Origin: an uncultured Cytophagia bacterium
GTDB taxonomy: Bacteria; Zhuqueibacterota; Zhuqueibacteria; Oleimicrobiales; Geothermoviventaceae
Direction: 5' to 3'
Length of the DNA stretch: 64,000 bases
Assembly (NCBI GenBank): GCA_964644845.1
Contig: CAZXXS010000048.1
Location: 19,695-83,694, forward strand
Shown here one piece after another: positions 1 through 10,022 of this stretch (position 1 is its first letter; every line of letters starts with the position of its first letter). Position numbers and translations under genes: made by a program. The notes under the pieces are model-generated. The model worked only from the letters and a program-made list of their open reading frames with translations. It was not told the origin of the DNA and did no database searches.

Positions 1-228
1 AACGGACTCGCTTCTGTGATTGACTGGCTGGGTACCCAGGCGTTTCCACGTTTGCGAATCGGGATCGGTGCCGATTTTGGCCCCGGCGAGCTGATTGACT
101 ACGTCTTGTCCGACTTTACGGACGAAGAAGAAAAGCTGTTGCCGGGAATTATCCAGCGTGCCGGCGACGCCGTTCTCACGGTGGCGCGCGAGGGGCTGGA
201 AAAAGCCATGTCCGTTTTCAACCGCTGA
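1..228 (+). CDS. pth: peptidyl-tRNA hydrolase, C-terminal fragment (5' end outside window)
   Basis: Frame 1 is open from base 1. The C-terminal motif ...RLRIGIG...DYVLSDF..EE...L... is typical of Pth. Stop TGA at 226-228. Confidence 0.7.
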   Translation, partial: NGLASVIDWLGTQAFPRLRIGIGADFGPGELIDYVLSDFTDEEEKLLPGIIQRAGDAVLTVAREGLEKAMSVFNR

Positions 229-375
229 GGCTGCGCCGTCCTGCAGACACACCGTCGCTGGAGAGGTGTTGGGGTCCTCTCCCGACGGGTGGACGTCCGC
301 AGAACCAGCGCACCTTGGCTGTCCCTCTAAGCTTCGGACCGCAACGTCTCTGAGAGGCAGGGAGGAAAAGAGAAA

Positions 376-2373
376 ATGGTTGCACCCATCGCTGCAAGTC
401 TGCTCGCACTCGCATTTGTGGTTTACCTCGCGCTCGACGTTCTTCGGAGCGATCAGGGCAACGAACGCATGGTCCAGATCTCCCAGATGATTCAGGCTGG
501 AGCACGGGCTTTTTTGAAGCGCGAGTACATCTACGTCAGCATGTTTGTGTTTGTAATCGCGGTTCTGATGGCCATTGCGCCCCTGTTTTCGGACGTCGAG
601 CTCGGGTGGCGGACCAGCGTTGCCTTCATCTTCGGGTCCGTGATGTCGGGGCTGGCGGGTTACATTGGCATGAGCATCGCCACGCGCGCCAACGCTCGCA
701 CCACTGAAGCCGCCAGAACCAAAGGTCTCAAGGGTGCGCTGAGCGTTGCCGTCTCTGGCGGCGGCGTGATGGGCATGAGTGTGGTCGGTCTGGCTCTGCT
801 GGGTTTGGCGATCACTTACATCGTCTTCCACGGCGAGCCAGTAGTCGTGAACGGTTACGCCATGGGCGCCAGCCTTGTCGCTCTGTTCGCACGCAGCGGT
901 GGTGGGATCTTCACCAAAGGTGCGGACATGGGTGCCGACCTGGTCGGCAAGGTCGAAGCGGGCATCCCCGAGGACGACCCGCGTAACCCCGCCGTGATTG
1001 CCGACAACGTGGGCGACAACGTGGGCGATGTGGCCGGGCTTGGTGCAGACCTGCTGGAATCGTACGTTGAGTCGATGGTCGCATCCATGGCTCTGGCTTC
1101 CGCGCTGGGCATCGCGGCACCTCAACTCAAGCTGTTGCCGATGTACATCGCAGCAGTCGGCATCGTGGGTTCGATCATCGGTATCCTGTACGTGAAGTGG
1201 GCAGCCAAAGACAACCCGCAAAGCGCTCTCATGGGTGGCACGTACGTGAGCGCCATCATCACCATGCTTGGCGCCTACTTCGTGGTCAAAACCTACGGCG
1301 TCGAGTTCGAAGGGTACTCCAAACTCGGGCCTTTCTGGGCAACGGTGGCTGGCGTCGTTTCGGGCATCATCGTGGGCTTCACAAGCGAGTACTTCACGTC
1401 CGCCAAATATCGCCCCGTACGGAGGCTGGCGGAAGAATCGCAGAGTGGCCCGGCCATCACCGTCACCGGCGGTCTGGCGGTCGGCATGATGTCCACGGCC
1501 ATTCCGGTCATTGTGCTGGCCGTGGCCGTATGGCTGGCCTACCATTTTGCGGGTGTGTACGGCGTTGGCATGGCGGCCTTCGGGATGCTGGCAACCACTG
1601 GCATGGTGGTGTCGGTGGACAGCTACGGTCCCGTGGCCGACAACGCGGGGGGCATCGCTGAAATGGCCGAGCTCGACCCCAGTGTGCGGAAGATCACGGA
1701 CAATCTGGATGCCGTGGGCAACACAACCGCGGCCATCGGTAAGGGCTTTGCGATCGGGTCAGCAGCTTTCGCAGCCATGGGTCTGCTGGTGGCTTACATG
1801 CACGCAGTCGGTCTGAAAGTTGCCGACATCAAGGACCCCAACGTGCTGATGGGTCTGCTGCTTGGCGGCATGCTGCCGTTTCTGTTCTCGTCGATGCTGT
1901 TCCAGGCCGTGAGTAAGGCCGCCTTCAAGATGATCGACGAGGTGCGGCGTCAATTTCGCGAGATTCCAGGCCTGCTGGAAGGCAAAGCCTTGCCCGACCC
2001 CGAGTCTTGCGTGGACATTAGCACCCGCGGTGCCATTCAGGGCATGTTGTTGCCTGGTACGATGGCCATCGTGACCCCGCTGTTCGTGGGGCTGGTCTTC
2101 GGTCCAGCTACATTGGCTGGTCTCCTGGTTGGCGCTGTGGTCACCGGTGTCATGCTCGGCATCCAGATGGCCAATTCCGGCGGAGCCATGGACAACGCGA
2201 AGAAGTACATCGAAGAAGGTCATTTCGGGGGCAAGGGCAGCGAAACACACAAAGCTGCTGTGATTGGCGACACGGTCGGTGATCCTCTCAAGGACACGGT
2301 CGGTCCATCAATCAACATCTTGATCAAGTTGATGTCAGTCATCTCGCTGGTGTTCGCGCCGCTGCTCCGTTAG
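376..2373 (+). CDS. hppA: membrane-bound H+-translocating pyrophosphatase
   Basis: 665 aa, polytopic. Diagnostic H+-PPase motifs [20 protein letters not shown] and [17 protein letters not shown]. Confidence 0.92.
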   Translation: MVAPIAASLLALAFVVYLALDVLRSDQGNERMVQISQMIQAGARAFLKREYIYVSMFVFVIAVLMAIAPLFSDVELGWRTSVAFIFGSVMSGLAGYIGMSIATRANARTTEAARTKGLKGALSVAVSGGGVMGMSVVGLALLGLAITYIVFHGEPVVVNGYAMGASLVALFARSGGGIFTKGADMGADLVGKVEAGIPEDDPRNPAVIADNVGDNVGDVAGLGADLLESYVESMVASMALASALGIAAPQLKLLPMYIAAVGIVGSIIGILYVKWAAKDNPQSALMGGTYVSAIITMLGAYFVVKTYGVEFEGYSKLGPFWATVAGVVSGIIVGFTSEYFTSAKYRPVRRLAEESQSGPAITVTGGLAVGMMSTAIPVIVLAVAVWLAYHFAGVYGVGMAAFGMLATTGMVVSVDSYGPVADNAGGIAEMAELDPSVRKITDNLDAVGNTTAAIGKGFAIGSAAFAAMGLLVAYMHAVGLKVADIKDPNVLMGLLLGGMLPFLFSSMLFQAVSKAAFKMIDEVRRQFREIPGLLEGKALPDPESCVDISTRGAIQGMLLPGTMAIVTPLFVGLVFGPATLAGLLVGAVVTGVMLGIQMANSGGAMDNAKKYIEEGHFGGKGSETHKAAVIGDTVGDPLKDTVGPSINILIKLMSVISLVFAPLLR

Positions 2374-2428
2374 CGGCCGATCGTACCGGCGGGAGCCGTG
2401 TAGGTTCACCGTTTCATGGAGGAAAGAC

Positions 2429-2992
2429 GTGCTGAGACCGTACGAAACAACATTCGTCATCGATTCACTGCTTCGGATGGATGAGATCGACGAAACCATC
2501 CGACGCTACCTGCGGTTCATCTCAGCCAACGGCGGTCAGATTCGCCGCTTGGAGCGTTGGGGCAAGAGGCGTCTCGCCTACGAGATCCGAAAGCGCCAGT
2601 ACGGCTACTACGTTTACGTACGCTACGACGCCCCACCCACGATTGTGGCCGCGCTGGAACACGAGTTTCGCCTCGATGAGTCCATCCTGCGTTACCTCAC
2701 AATCCAGCTGACCAAGCGCGCGCTGCAGAAGGAACAGCGTTTGCTTGAGCAGGGGCTCATCAAAGAGGGCGGCGTAGAGCTGGACGAAAAACCCCAGGCT
2801 CAGCCGAAACCGGCCGAGAAACCCGCGGAGCAATCCGAACCGGCGGAAGCGGAAACCGCAACCGAACAAGCTTCTGAGGGTGAAGCGGCCGAAGCAGCTC
2901 CAGCCGCTCCTGAGAGCAGCGACGCTCAAAGCACCGAAGAAGCAGCTCCTGCACAGGCCGCCGAGGAAACCGAGCAGAAAGAGCAATCCTGA
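2429..2992 (+). CDS. rpsF: 30S ribosomal protein S6 with long acidic Pro/Ala/Glu-rich C-terminal extension
   Basis: GTG start with GGAGG 7 nt upstream. N-terminal RPYETTFVI..., conserved S6 core. Sits at the head of the rpsF-ssb-rpsR-rplI cluster. Confidence 0.9.
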   Translation: MLRPYETTFVIDSLLRMDEIDETIRRYLRFISANGGQIRRLERWGKRRLAYEIRKRQYGYYVYVRYDAPPTIVAALEHEFRLDESILRYLTIQLTKRALQKEQRLLEQGLIKEGGVELDEKPQAQPKPAEKPAEQSEPAEAETATEQASEGEAAEAAPAAPESSDAQSTEEAAPAQAAEETEQKEQS

Positions 2993-3084
2993 GCAACAGC
3001 AGCCCAATTTTGCTGAGTCTGCAACGAGGGTAAGCTACGTGGCCGCTGGCGTCCTCGCCGCGAGCCACGGGGAGTTCTTTGATA

Positions 3085-3552
3085 ATGACAAGTTACCGCA
3101 TGCCGGACATCAACACGGTGCTGATTGCGGGAACCGTTGTGGAAGAGCCTCAGCTCTCCCGAACGGATTCCGGCCGCACGGTCGGCACCTTCCGGATCAG
3201 CAGCATTCGCCGCTTCCGCGACAACAGCGGACAGTGGCGCGAGAACCGCTGCGAGGTCGGCGTGGTCGTGCATCAACGCCTCGCCGAGCTCTGTCAGCGC
3301 TACCTCAGGGTCGGCAGCCCAGTCCTTCTGGACGGCGAGCTCCAAAGCCGCAGCGTCGAGGAAGGCGGCACAGCACGAACCATTTTGGAGATTCGCGCGC
3401 GCCGGGTTCAGTTCCTCGACCGCACCGGCCGTACCGACCTGGCAGCCCAGGCTCAGCCCGCCAGGTCAGCTGAAGCATCCGAGCCGGCCGAACCTGAGGA
3501 ACCAGCAGCGCCCAGTGAATTCGACTTCGGCTACAGGGACCTCGAGCTCTGA
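3085..3552 (+). CDS. ssb: single-stranded DNA-binding (OB-fold) protein, SSB/PriB-like
   Basis: Position between rpsF and rpsR. OB-fold-like sequence with acidic C-terminal tail (..EFDFGYRDLEL). GGGGAG 11 nt upstream of ATG 3085. The ORF track shows a TTG at 3079. Confidence 0.55.
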   Translation: MTSYRMPDINTVLIAGTVVEEPQLSRTDSGRTVGTFRISSIRRFRDNSGQWRENRCEVGVVVHQRLAELCQRYLRVGSPVLLDGELQSRSVEEGGTARTILEIRARRVQFLDRTGRTDLAAQAQPARSAEASEPAEPEEPAAPSEFDFGYRDLEL

Positions 3553-3603
3553 AGTTCCTGGCCAGCAAATTGATGTGGTGAGAATCCGAAAGAGGGAAGT
3601 ACC

Positions 3604-3825
3604 ATGCTCAGAAGAAAACGTGTTTGCCGTTTCTGTGAAGAAGGTGAAATCTACATCGATTACAAAGACGAGCGCAAGCTCCGCCGCTTCATCACAGAAC
3701 AGGGCAAGATCATTCCACGGCGCACTTCCGGTACGTGCGCCAAGCATCAACGCCAGCTTGTTCGGGCCATCAAGCGCGCCCGTCATCTGGCTTTGCTTCC
3801 GTTCGTTGCCGAAATGACCAGGTAG
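3604..3825 (+). CDS. rpsR: 30S ribosomal protein S18
   Basis: [22 protein letters not shown]... is the canonical S18 N-terminus. RBS GAGGGAAG. Confidence 0.92.
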   Translation: MLRRKRVCRFCEEGEIYIDYKDERKLRRFITEQGKIIPRRTSGTCAKHQRQLVRAIKRARHLALLPFVAEMTR

Positions 3826-3836
3826 TGGAGCCAACC

Positions 3837-4280
3837 ATGAAAGTTATCCTGAAACAGGAAGTCGAGAAACTCGGAAATCCGGGCGACATCGTGACGGTTA
3901 GGGACGGTTACGCCCGCAACTATCTCTTGCCGCGTGGTCTCGCCGTGCCGGCTACACCCGGCAACCTGCGCGCCATCGAGGAGGAAAAGAAGCTCGCGGA
4001 ACTCCGGGCCAACCGTGAGAAACGCGCTGCCGAGAAGTTGGCCGAAAAGCTCAACTCCGTATCCGTGACGGCCACAGTCTCCGTGGGCGAAGAAGACAAG
4101 ATCTTCGGCGCCGTGACGTCCCAGACCATTGCCGAACTCCTGAAAGAGAAGGGCTACGACATCGACCGTCGCAAGATCCACCTCGAGGAGCCCATCAAAG
4201 CACTGGGCATCTACGACGTGCCCATCAAACTGCACCCCGAGGTGGAAGCCAAGGTCAAAGTCTGGGTAGTGCGCGAGTAA
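3837..4280 (+). CDS. rplI: 50S ribosomal protein L9
   Basis: MKVILKQEVEKLGNPGDIVTVRDGYARNYLLPRGLAV is a canonical L9 N-domain. ATG at 3837 with GGAG upstream. The track ORF 3735.. is an upstream extension overlapping rpsR. Confidence 0.92.
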   Translation: MKVILKQEVEKLGNPGDIVTVRDGYARNYLLPRGLAVPATPGNLRAIEEEKKLAELRANREKRAAEKLAEKLNSVSVTATVSVGEEDKIFGAVTSQTIAELLKEKGYDIDRRKIHLEEPIKALGIYDVPIKLHPEVEAKVKVWVVRE

Positions 4281-4951
4281 AGCGGTCCCTACAAATCCCC
4301 TGCTTTTTGACTCGTCTCTCGCCGGGCGGGCAGACTCTACGGTCTGCTCACCGGCGAGTTCTGCTCTCGGCCCCCTTCGGCCCGGACTGCAGTCCGCCCT
4401 TCGTTACACGAATCCTCCACGCTCTTCCGACGAGCAAACTCCCGTGCACTCTAAACCGACATCTCCTTGGAGACTCCAGGTTGCCCCAGAATCCCTCGTT
4501 TTCCCACCCAACGAGCCCAACCGCAAACCGTCTGCGAGAAAAGCCGCCAGAACAGCACCCTGCCTTGTCCTCGTTCCGCCACCACCCACCTAAGAGTTCC
4601 TGCGTCTTCCGCCTGACCTGCGTACACCTCCCCGGTCTCCGCTGGACTACCAACAGTCCTCCACTTGAGGCACACCCCCTACCTGTCCGCTAAAAGACGT
4701 TGTGGGGGACACCCCCTGTCAGCTGTTCACCCGCAGCCACACAAACGTCTACAGCAAGTCGCCTCTGCAGCCCATCCAGACCGCTCCACGAATCTGAACC
4801 TGCCAGCACCGCGACCCCATCAACTCCCAGCAGGTGGAACCCCAGAGCGATCTCTAAGCTCGAAAGGCGGTTCCCCCAGCAAGTGTCAAGCCGTTCCAAG
4901 GTGTCCACGAGTTCCCACGAGAAAACAGAGAAATCCTTGACCCCTTTTGCC

Positions 4952-4985
4952 TTGACTTTCAACGGACCTTTTGTTAACGTTAACA
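4952..4985 (+). promoter_or_regulatory. sigma70-like promoter (TTGACT-N17-TAACGT) overlapped by a perfect 14-bp palindrome TGTTAACGTTAACA (4972-4985), a LacI/CcpA-cre-type operator
   Basis: Read directly from sequence. The palindrome is centred on CG and fits TGWAANCGNTNWCA with one mismatch. It overlaps the putative -10, about 205 bp upstream of the lipoprotein gene start. Confidence 0.35.
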
Positions 4986-5189
4986 GATCGCAATGTGTGC
5001 CGTCGAGCCTGGCACCGTCGCACCAATCTTCGTGCAAACTGTTGCTGGGTTCCCGTACTGTTGCAGCAGAACCATTTTCCGCAGTAAGCGTTCCGGAGTC
5101 ACTCCAGGTACCAAAGCATTTCTCCCGATTTCCAGGCGTTGTCAACGTCCGGAATGGTGGTTGAATTTTCAAGCGAAGGGAGCAGAGCC

Positions 5190-6587
5190 ATGATGCGTCA
5201 CATCCTCACAGCTGTTCTGCTTGTTGGCCTGGTTGCTCTGTTCGGCTGCCAGAGTCAACAGCCGCAAAAGTTCACCGGAGCAAGGGGGGAAGTGAAACTC
5301 ATCGTCCTGGATCCGGGCCATTTCCACGCTGCTCTCGTCCTGAAAACCTCGTACGATCAGGTGGACACCACGGTACACGTTTACGCGCCGGAGGGTCCAG
5401 AGCTGGAAGACTGGATCAGCCGCGTCCAGGGGTTCAACTCTCGACCGGAGAATCCGACACACTGGGCACTGAAGATTTACAAAGGCCCCGACTACCTGGA
5501 ACGCATGCTCAAGGAAAAACCCGGCAACGTGGTCGTGCTGGCCGGCAACAACAAGCGCAAAACGGAGTACATCAAGAAAAGCGTTGATGCCGGGCTGAAT
5601 GTCTACTCCGACAAACCCATGTGCATTGATCCCAAAGGTTTCCAGCTCCTCAAGCAGGCTTTCGCCTCCGCCGACCAGCACCACGTGCTCCTCTACGACA
5701 TCATGACAGAACGCTACGAAATCACGACCATTCTGCAGCGTGAACTGGTCAACAACCCCGATGTCTTCGGTGAACTCCAGGTGGGTAGTTTGGAGGATCC
5801 GGCGGTTACGAAAGAGAGCGTTCACCATCTGTTCAAGTACGTGGCCGGCAAACCCATCAAGAGACCCGGCTGGTATTTCGACGTCAACCAGCAGGGTGAG
5901 GGCATCGTAGACGTCTCCACTCACCTGGTCGATCTCGTACAGTGGGAGTGTTTCCCGGGCGAGGCCATCGACACGACCCAGATCCAGGTGTTGGCCGCCA
6001 AACATTGGCCCACGATGGTCACAAAATCGCAGTTCCAAAAAGTGACTGGCCTTCCGGACTTCCCCGACTTCCTCAAGGACAAACTCACACCTGACGGGGT
6101 GCTTCCGTACTACTGCAACGGCCAGATCGACTACACCATCCGGGGTATCCATGCTCGTGTGTCCGTCATCTGGGAGTTCGAAGCACCGCCCGGCGCTGGC
6201 GACACGCATTTCTCCATCATGAAGGGCTCCAAAGCCCACGTCGTCATCGAGCAGGGGAAGGAGCAAAACTACCGGCCTGAACTCTACGTCTTTCCCGCTC
6301 CAGGAGCAGACAAGACCTCCCTCGGCGAGACGCTGAAAACAGCCATCGGCAACTTGCAGACGCGCTACCCGGGAGTGGATTTGGAGCCCTACAAGAAAGG
6401 CTGGCACGTCATCATCCCCGACAAGTACAGAGTGGGACACGAAGCACACTTCGCTCAGGTCACGCGTAAGTACTTGCGCTTCCTCGTCCAGGGAAAACTC
6501 CCCGACTGGGAAGTGCCCAACATGATTGCCAAGTACTACACAACGACCACCGCGTTGAAATTGGCTCGACAGAGCGACAAAAAGTAA
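5190..6587 (+). CDS. lipoprotein, putative oxidoreductase-like (Rossmann-like N-domain; family uncertain)
   Basis: Signal peptide plus lipobox LVALFGC. N-domain KLIVLDPGHFHAALV... Start chosen at ATGATG (5190) with AAGGGAG 7 nt upstream. The track ORF starts at 5139. Confidence 0.7.
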   Translation: MMRHILTAVLLVGLVALFGCQSQQPQKFTGARGEVKLIVLDPGHFHAALVLKTSYDQVDTTVHVYAPEGPELEDWISRVQGFNSRPENPTHWALKIYKGPDYLERMLKEKPGNVVVLAGNNKRKTEYIKKSVDAGLNVYSDKPMCIDPKGFQLLKQAFASADQHHVLLYDIMTERYEITTILQRELVNNPDVFGELQVGSLEDPAVTKESVHHLFKYVAGKPIKRPGWYFDVNQQGEGIVDVSTHLVDLVQWECFPGEAIDTTQIQVLAAKHWPTMVTKSQFQKVTGLPDFPDFLKDKLTPDGVLPYYCNGQIDYTIRGIHARVSVIWEFEAPPGAGDTHFSIMKGSKAHVVIEQGKEQNYRPELYVFPAPGADKTSLGETLKTAIGNLQTRYPGVDLEPYKKGWHVIIPDKYRVGHEAHFAQVTRKYLRFLVQGKLPDWEVPNMIAKYYTTTTALKLARQSDKK

Positions 6588-6614
6588 CCCGTTTTGCGCG
6601 AAAGGATCTGGCAA

Positions 6615-6645
6615 GGGGCGCCACGAGCGCCCCTTCTTTTTTTTT
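6615..6645 (+). terminator. rho-independent terminator (GGGGCGC-cacga-GCGCCCC + TTCTTTTTTTTT)
   Basis: GC stem followed by a 9-T run, 28 bp after the stop at 6587. Confidence 0.6.
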
Positions 6646-7072
6646 CAAACAGCCTCTTCCCGCAGGCTCCCATTGAACCAGGGTCGATGTCCCCCCACCC
6701 CCCGCCGATTTGTAGCCACACCGCCCGGGTGACGGCAACGCGCCCCTCGCTCTCCGGGACAGCACTCCGCCCCAAGACCTCTCTTCCCGTTGGAGTCCGT
6801 GCACGCCGCTTCCCGCGCCACAGCCTCAAAGCACAGGGAGAATCACGCCCCTTCCATTTGCGCCCACGGGCAAACTCTTCGGTCCTTGCAGAGTCATTCG
6901 GTGTCTCAATCAAACCGACTAACACGAGGGCCTCTCGAAATTTCCTCTTTGATCCTGCACTCCGAAATGGTAGATTAAAACGATGATCGCTTACCCCGTG
7001 CGGCACCAACACGACCACAACCTGAACTCTTTCATGAATCGACGTTCGCCGACAACGACTCTACAGAGACGA

Positions 7073-8644
7073 ATGCACCCCAAGTCTGTACGCTACGGTG
7101 TCTTCTTTGCAGCCGTCTTCCTCCTCACCGCAACCCCCATCTTTGCTCAGGAGGTAGATCTGCCGCGCGAACACTGGGCCTACACATTCATTGAACGACT
7201 TGAAGTCCGAGGGCTGGTTAACGGCCCGCTTACTCGGGTAAAGCCGTGGTCCAGAGCCCAGACTGTGGAAATGATTCGGCAGGTGCAAAGAGCCCTGCTT
7301 CACAACCCTTCTGCTCTCAGCCCCACCGAAAAGGCGCTTTTCAGGCAATTGCAGTCGGACTTCTCGGAAGAATTGGGTTCGCCACCGAATCTGCCACCTG
7401 AGCCGCACCTGCTCACGATCCAGGACAGTACACTCTCGGTAAAACTTGACGGTGTTTTCCGCGAAAACATCCCCTCAAAGCACGGGAGTTACTTCGCACC
7501 AGCGGAGTTGCGTTCCGAGACAACCGCGGGCGGCATCATCCGAGCCCTGGTGCAACCGGGGCTGTGGATCGGCGTTGACGTCCGCAACACGGCAATCCGA
7601 GGAGGAGTGGTTCCTCCCACGGAGCGGTTCGATCCGTCCCAGGGGACGCCGTTCGTCACATCCGGGAAGAATGTCTTCCAAGACCAGGCTGCTGCCTACT
7701 TCGCCTTCAAATTGCCCTGGTTTCGTCTCCAGATCGGCCGCGACGCCGTGTGGTGGGGACCGAGCGCCCGCGAAGCCCTCACTCTTTCGCCCAATCTCCC
7801 CTTGTTCGACCTCGTACGCGCTGACGCCCGCTGGAAACGCCTTCGTTTCACGGCTGTTCACGCAGAGCTGCGCAGCCATTTTGGTCGCAAGTATTTGGCC
7901 GCCCACAGGCTCGAGTGGGAAGTGAAACCCGGTCTGTACCTCGCCGGTAGCGAAACCGTCGTGTACGGAAACCGACCGGTGGAAATGGCGTATCTGAATC
8001 CGATCATGCCTTACCACGTCGCCGAACACCACCTGGGCGATCTCGACAACAACAACATCAGTTTCGAAGCCTGGTGGCGTGTGCGTCCGGGTCTGGCGGT
8101 CTACGGAGAGTTCTTCATCGACGACATGACGCTTTCGGAACCGCTCTTCAAGTACTGGGGCAACAAGTTCGCGTTCAGCGCGGGCTCTCACTGGGTCAAT
8201 CCGCTTGGCATTTCCGACAGCGATTTCACTTTGGAGTACGCACGGATTGAACCGTTCGTGTACACACATTACGACTCGATCAACCGTTACCAGCACTACA
8301 ACCGATCCGTCGGCCACTGGCTCGGGCCAGACGGCGACGACTGGAATCTCGCTTTTTCGCGCTACTTTGGCCGCGACCTGCGTGTGCAATTGGCTTTTAC
8401 ACAAACGAGGAAAGGAAAGGGCAGTTTGAACGTAGCGCACACACAGGCTGATTCGGACACCAAAACCTTCCTGGAAGGCGTTGTGGAGCGACGCCGAGTT
8501 TTGCACTTCGGCCTTCGCCAGCAGCTGTGGCGAGACGTTTTCATCACTCTGAGGTACGAGAAGTGGTGGGTTCACAATCCGCACCGTGAGCTCGGCAACG
8601 CTTCAGGGAGAGCCTTTCTGGCCTCCCTTTACGTGAACTACTGA
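7073..8644 (+). CDS. outer-membrane beta-barrel protein, Wzi-like (capsule assembly) candidate
   Basis: Signal peptide MHPKSVRYGVFFAAVFLLTATPIFA|QE. Helical N-region, then a long beta-rich region with a WWGP motif (RDAVWWGPSAREAL) as I recall for Wzi. C-terminal aromatic (..LYVNY). Family assignment is from memory and not verified. Confidence 0.55.
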   Translation: MHPKSVRYGVFFAAVFLLTATPIFAQEVDLPREHWAYTFIERLEVRGLVNGPLTRVKPWSRAQTVEMIRQVQRALLHNPSALSPTEKALFRQLQSDFSEELGSPPNLPPEPHLLTIQDSTLSVKLDGVFRENIPSKHGSYFAPAELRSETTAGGIIRALVQPGLWIGVDVRNTAIRGGVVPPTERFDPSQGTPFVTSGKNVFQDQAAAYFAFKLPWFRLQIGRDAVWWGPSAREALTLSPNLPLFDLVRADARWKRLRFTAVHAELRSHFGRKYLAAHRLEWEVKPGLYLAGSETVVYGNRPVEMAYLNPIMPYHVAEHHLGDLDNNNISFEAWWRVRPGLAVYGEFFIDDMTLSEPLFKYWGNKFAFSAGSHWVNPLGISDSDFTLEYARIEPFVYTHYDSINRYQHYNRSVGHWLGPDGDDWNLAFSRYFGRDLRVQLAFTQTRKGKGSLNVAHTQADSDTKTFLEGVVERRRVLHFGLRQQLWRDVFITLRYEKWWVHNPHRELGNASGRAFLASLYVNY

Positions 8645-8852
8645 GATTTGTCGGACTCGCGCCTACCCCGCCTCACGTTCACGGCAGAAAACCTGTCACC
8701 CGGGTTCCCTCTGCGAGCGTCCCTGGGCAGGTTGGGCGCATCCCGTCGGAACAAACTGGGCTTTCTCGGGAACTGCGTTCTACGGGGAGAGAACGTTCGC
8801 ACCCCGCCCCTCTGGGCGGGCTCGACCACTTCAGTCAAGGATTTCAACGGGC

Positions 8853-10022
8853 ATGAATTGTCCACTTGGTTTGGCCGTCTTGTTTTTCAGTGCTGTGTAC
8901 GCAGGTCTTTTGCTGTGGCTGCGAAGCGGTGTGCGTAGAGCGCACTGGGAGGATCAAAACCCAACTACCGCTGAGCCGCTCCCGCGTGTCAGCGTCGTTG
9001 TGCCAGCGCGGAACGAGGAGCGACATCTTGGACGCTGTCTGCACGCTCTGAGTCGCCAGGACTACCCGACGGAGCTCCTGGAGGTCGTGGTCGTTGACGA
9101 TCGCTCCTGGGACACCACGCCCAGCATCATCGCCCGGTACGCGGCGAAGCATGCCAACTTTCGCTCCGTTCGCGTGAAAACGCTGCCGCCCGGTGTTGCC
9201 CCCAAGAAGCACGCCCTGCATCAGGGCATCCGGCTTGCCAATGGCGAGATCGTGCTGACGACAGACGCCGACTGCGAACCGCCGCCGACGTGGGTGCGCG
9301 AAATGGCTTCCCGCTTTGCAGCGGACACAGGCATGGTACTCGGGTTCTCCCCGCTCACTCTCGGTCGTCTTTCGCGCCTGGCCGAAGCCCTGTTCCGTCT
9401 GGACTCGGTCGCTCTGGCCTCACTGGCTGCTGCCGGGGTCGGCATTCGCTACCCCCTCACGTGCTCGGGTCGCAATCTGGGATACCGCAAGGCAGTGTAC
9501 GAAGAGCTCGGTGGCTTCGGCAGATACCAGAGCGTCGGCTCCGGGGATGACGACCTTTTCCTGGCAAGAGTACGGGATGAAACAAGTTGGCACGTTCGCT
9601 ACGCTTTCGCGAAAACGAGCCAGGTTCCAGCTGAACCACCGACCTCGCTGCGCGCCCTCTGGAACCAGCGCACACGGCACGCCTCCAAAGGCGTCATCTA
9701 CGCCAGGCCCATCACGGTGGGGCTCGTTCTGCTTTACCTCTACAACCTGGCGTTCCTGGTGCTCGGCTGGGTTAGCCTCTGGGTGGGCGTGGCCCGAGTT
9801 TTCTTCCTGCTGAGTTGGACACTGAAGAGCGGTTCGGAATGGCTGCTCTTGGCGCGCACCGCGCGCTACCTCGACTTTCGCGCACCGGTGTTTTTGGTTC
9901 CTCTGGTCACCATCTTTCACGCTTTCTACGTGACGGTCTTTGGGCTGGCGGGCCAGTTCCGCAGTTTCGAGTGGAAGGGGCACCACTACCGTCCGACTAC
10001 ACATTTGGGAGGTTTGGATTGA
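8853..10022 (+). CDS. membrane glycosyltransferase family 2 (processive type; DxD/TTDADC and Q-x-x-R-H/W motif)
   Basis: N-terminal TM, VVVPARNEE, LTTDADC, NQRTRHASKG, C-terminal TM helices. ATG at 8853. Confidence 0.85.
   Translation: MNCPLGLAVLFFSAVYAGLLLWLRSGVRRAHWEDQNPTTAEPLPRVSVVVPARNEERHLGRCLHALSRQDYPTELLEVVVVDDRSWDTTPSIIARYAAKHANFRSVRVKTLPPGVAPKKHALHQGIRLANGEIVLTTDADCEPPPTWVREMASRFAADTGMVLGFSPLTLGRLSRLAEALFRLDSVALASLAAAGVGIRYPLTCSGRNLGYRKAVYEELGGFGRYQSVGSGDDDLFLARVRDETSWHVRYAFAKTSQVPAEPPTSLRALWNQRTRHASKGVIYARPITVGLVLLYLYNLAFLVLGWVSLWVGVARVFFLLSWTLKSGSEWLLLARTARYLDFRAPVFLVPLVTIFHAFYVTVFGLAGQFRSFEWKGHHYRPTTHLGGLD

Noticed and set aside
4307-5164. ORFs 4307-4693 +, 4700-5164 +, 4690-5172 - in the pyrimidine-rich region
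   Set aside because: Pro/Ser/Thr/Arg-rich low-complexity translations driven by C-rich DNA. No RBS or homology features.
5169-6614. 481-aa minus-strand ORF antisense to the lipoprotein gene
   Set aside because: Fully antisense to a gene with clear signal peptide/lipobox and RBS. Arg/Gly-rich low-complexity translation. Typical high-GC shadow ORF.
9815-10018. Upstream ATG (9815) for the second GT2 gene as given by the ORF track
   Set aside because: It would overlap the first GT2 by about 200 bp in another frame. Homology to the paralog begins near the TTG at 10019, which overlaps the upstream stop (TTGA).
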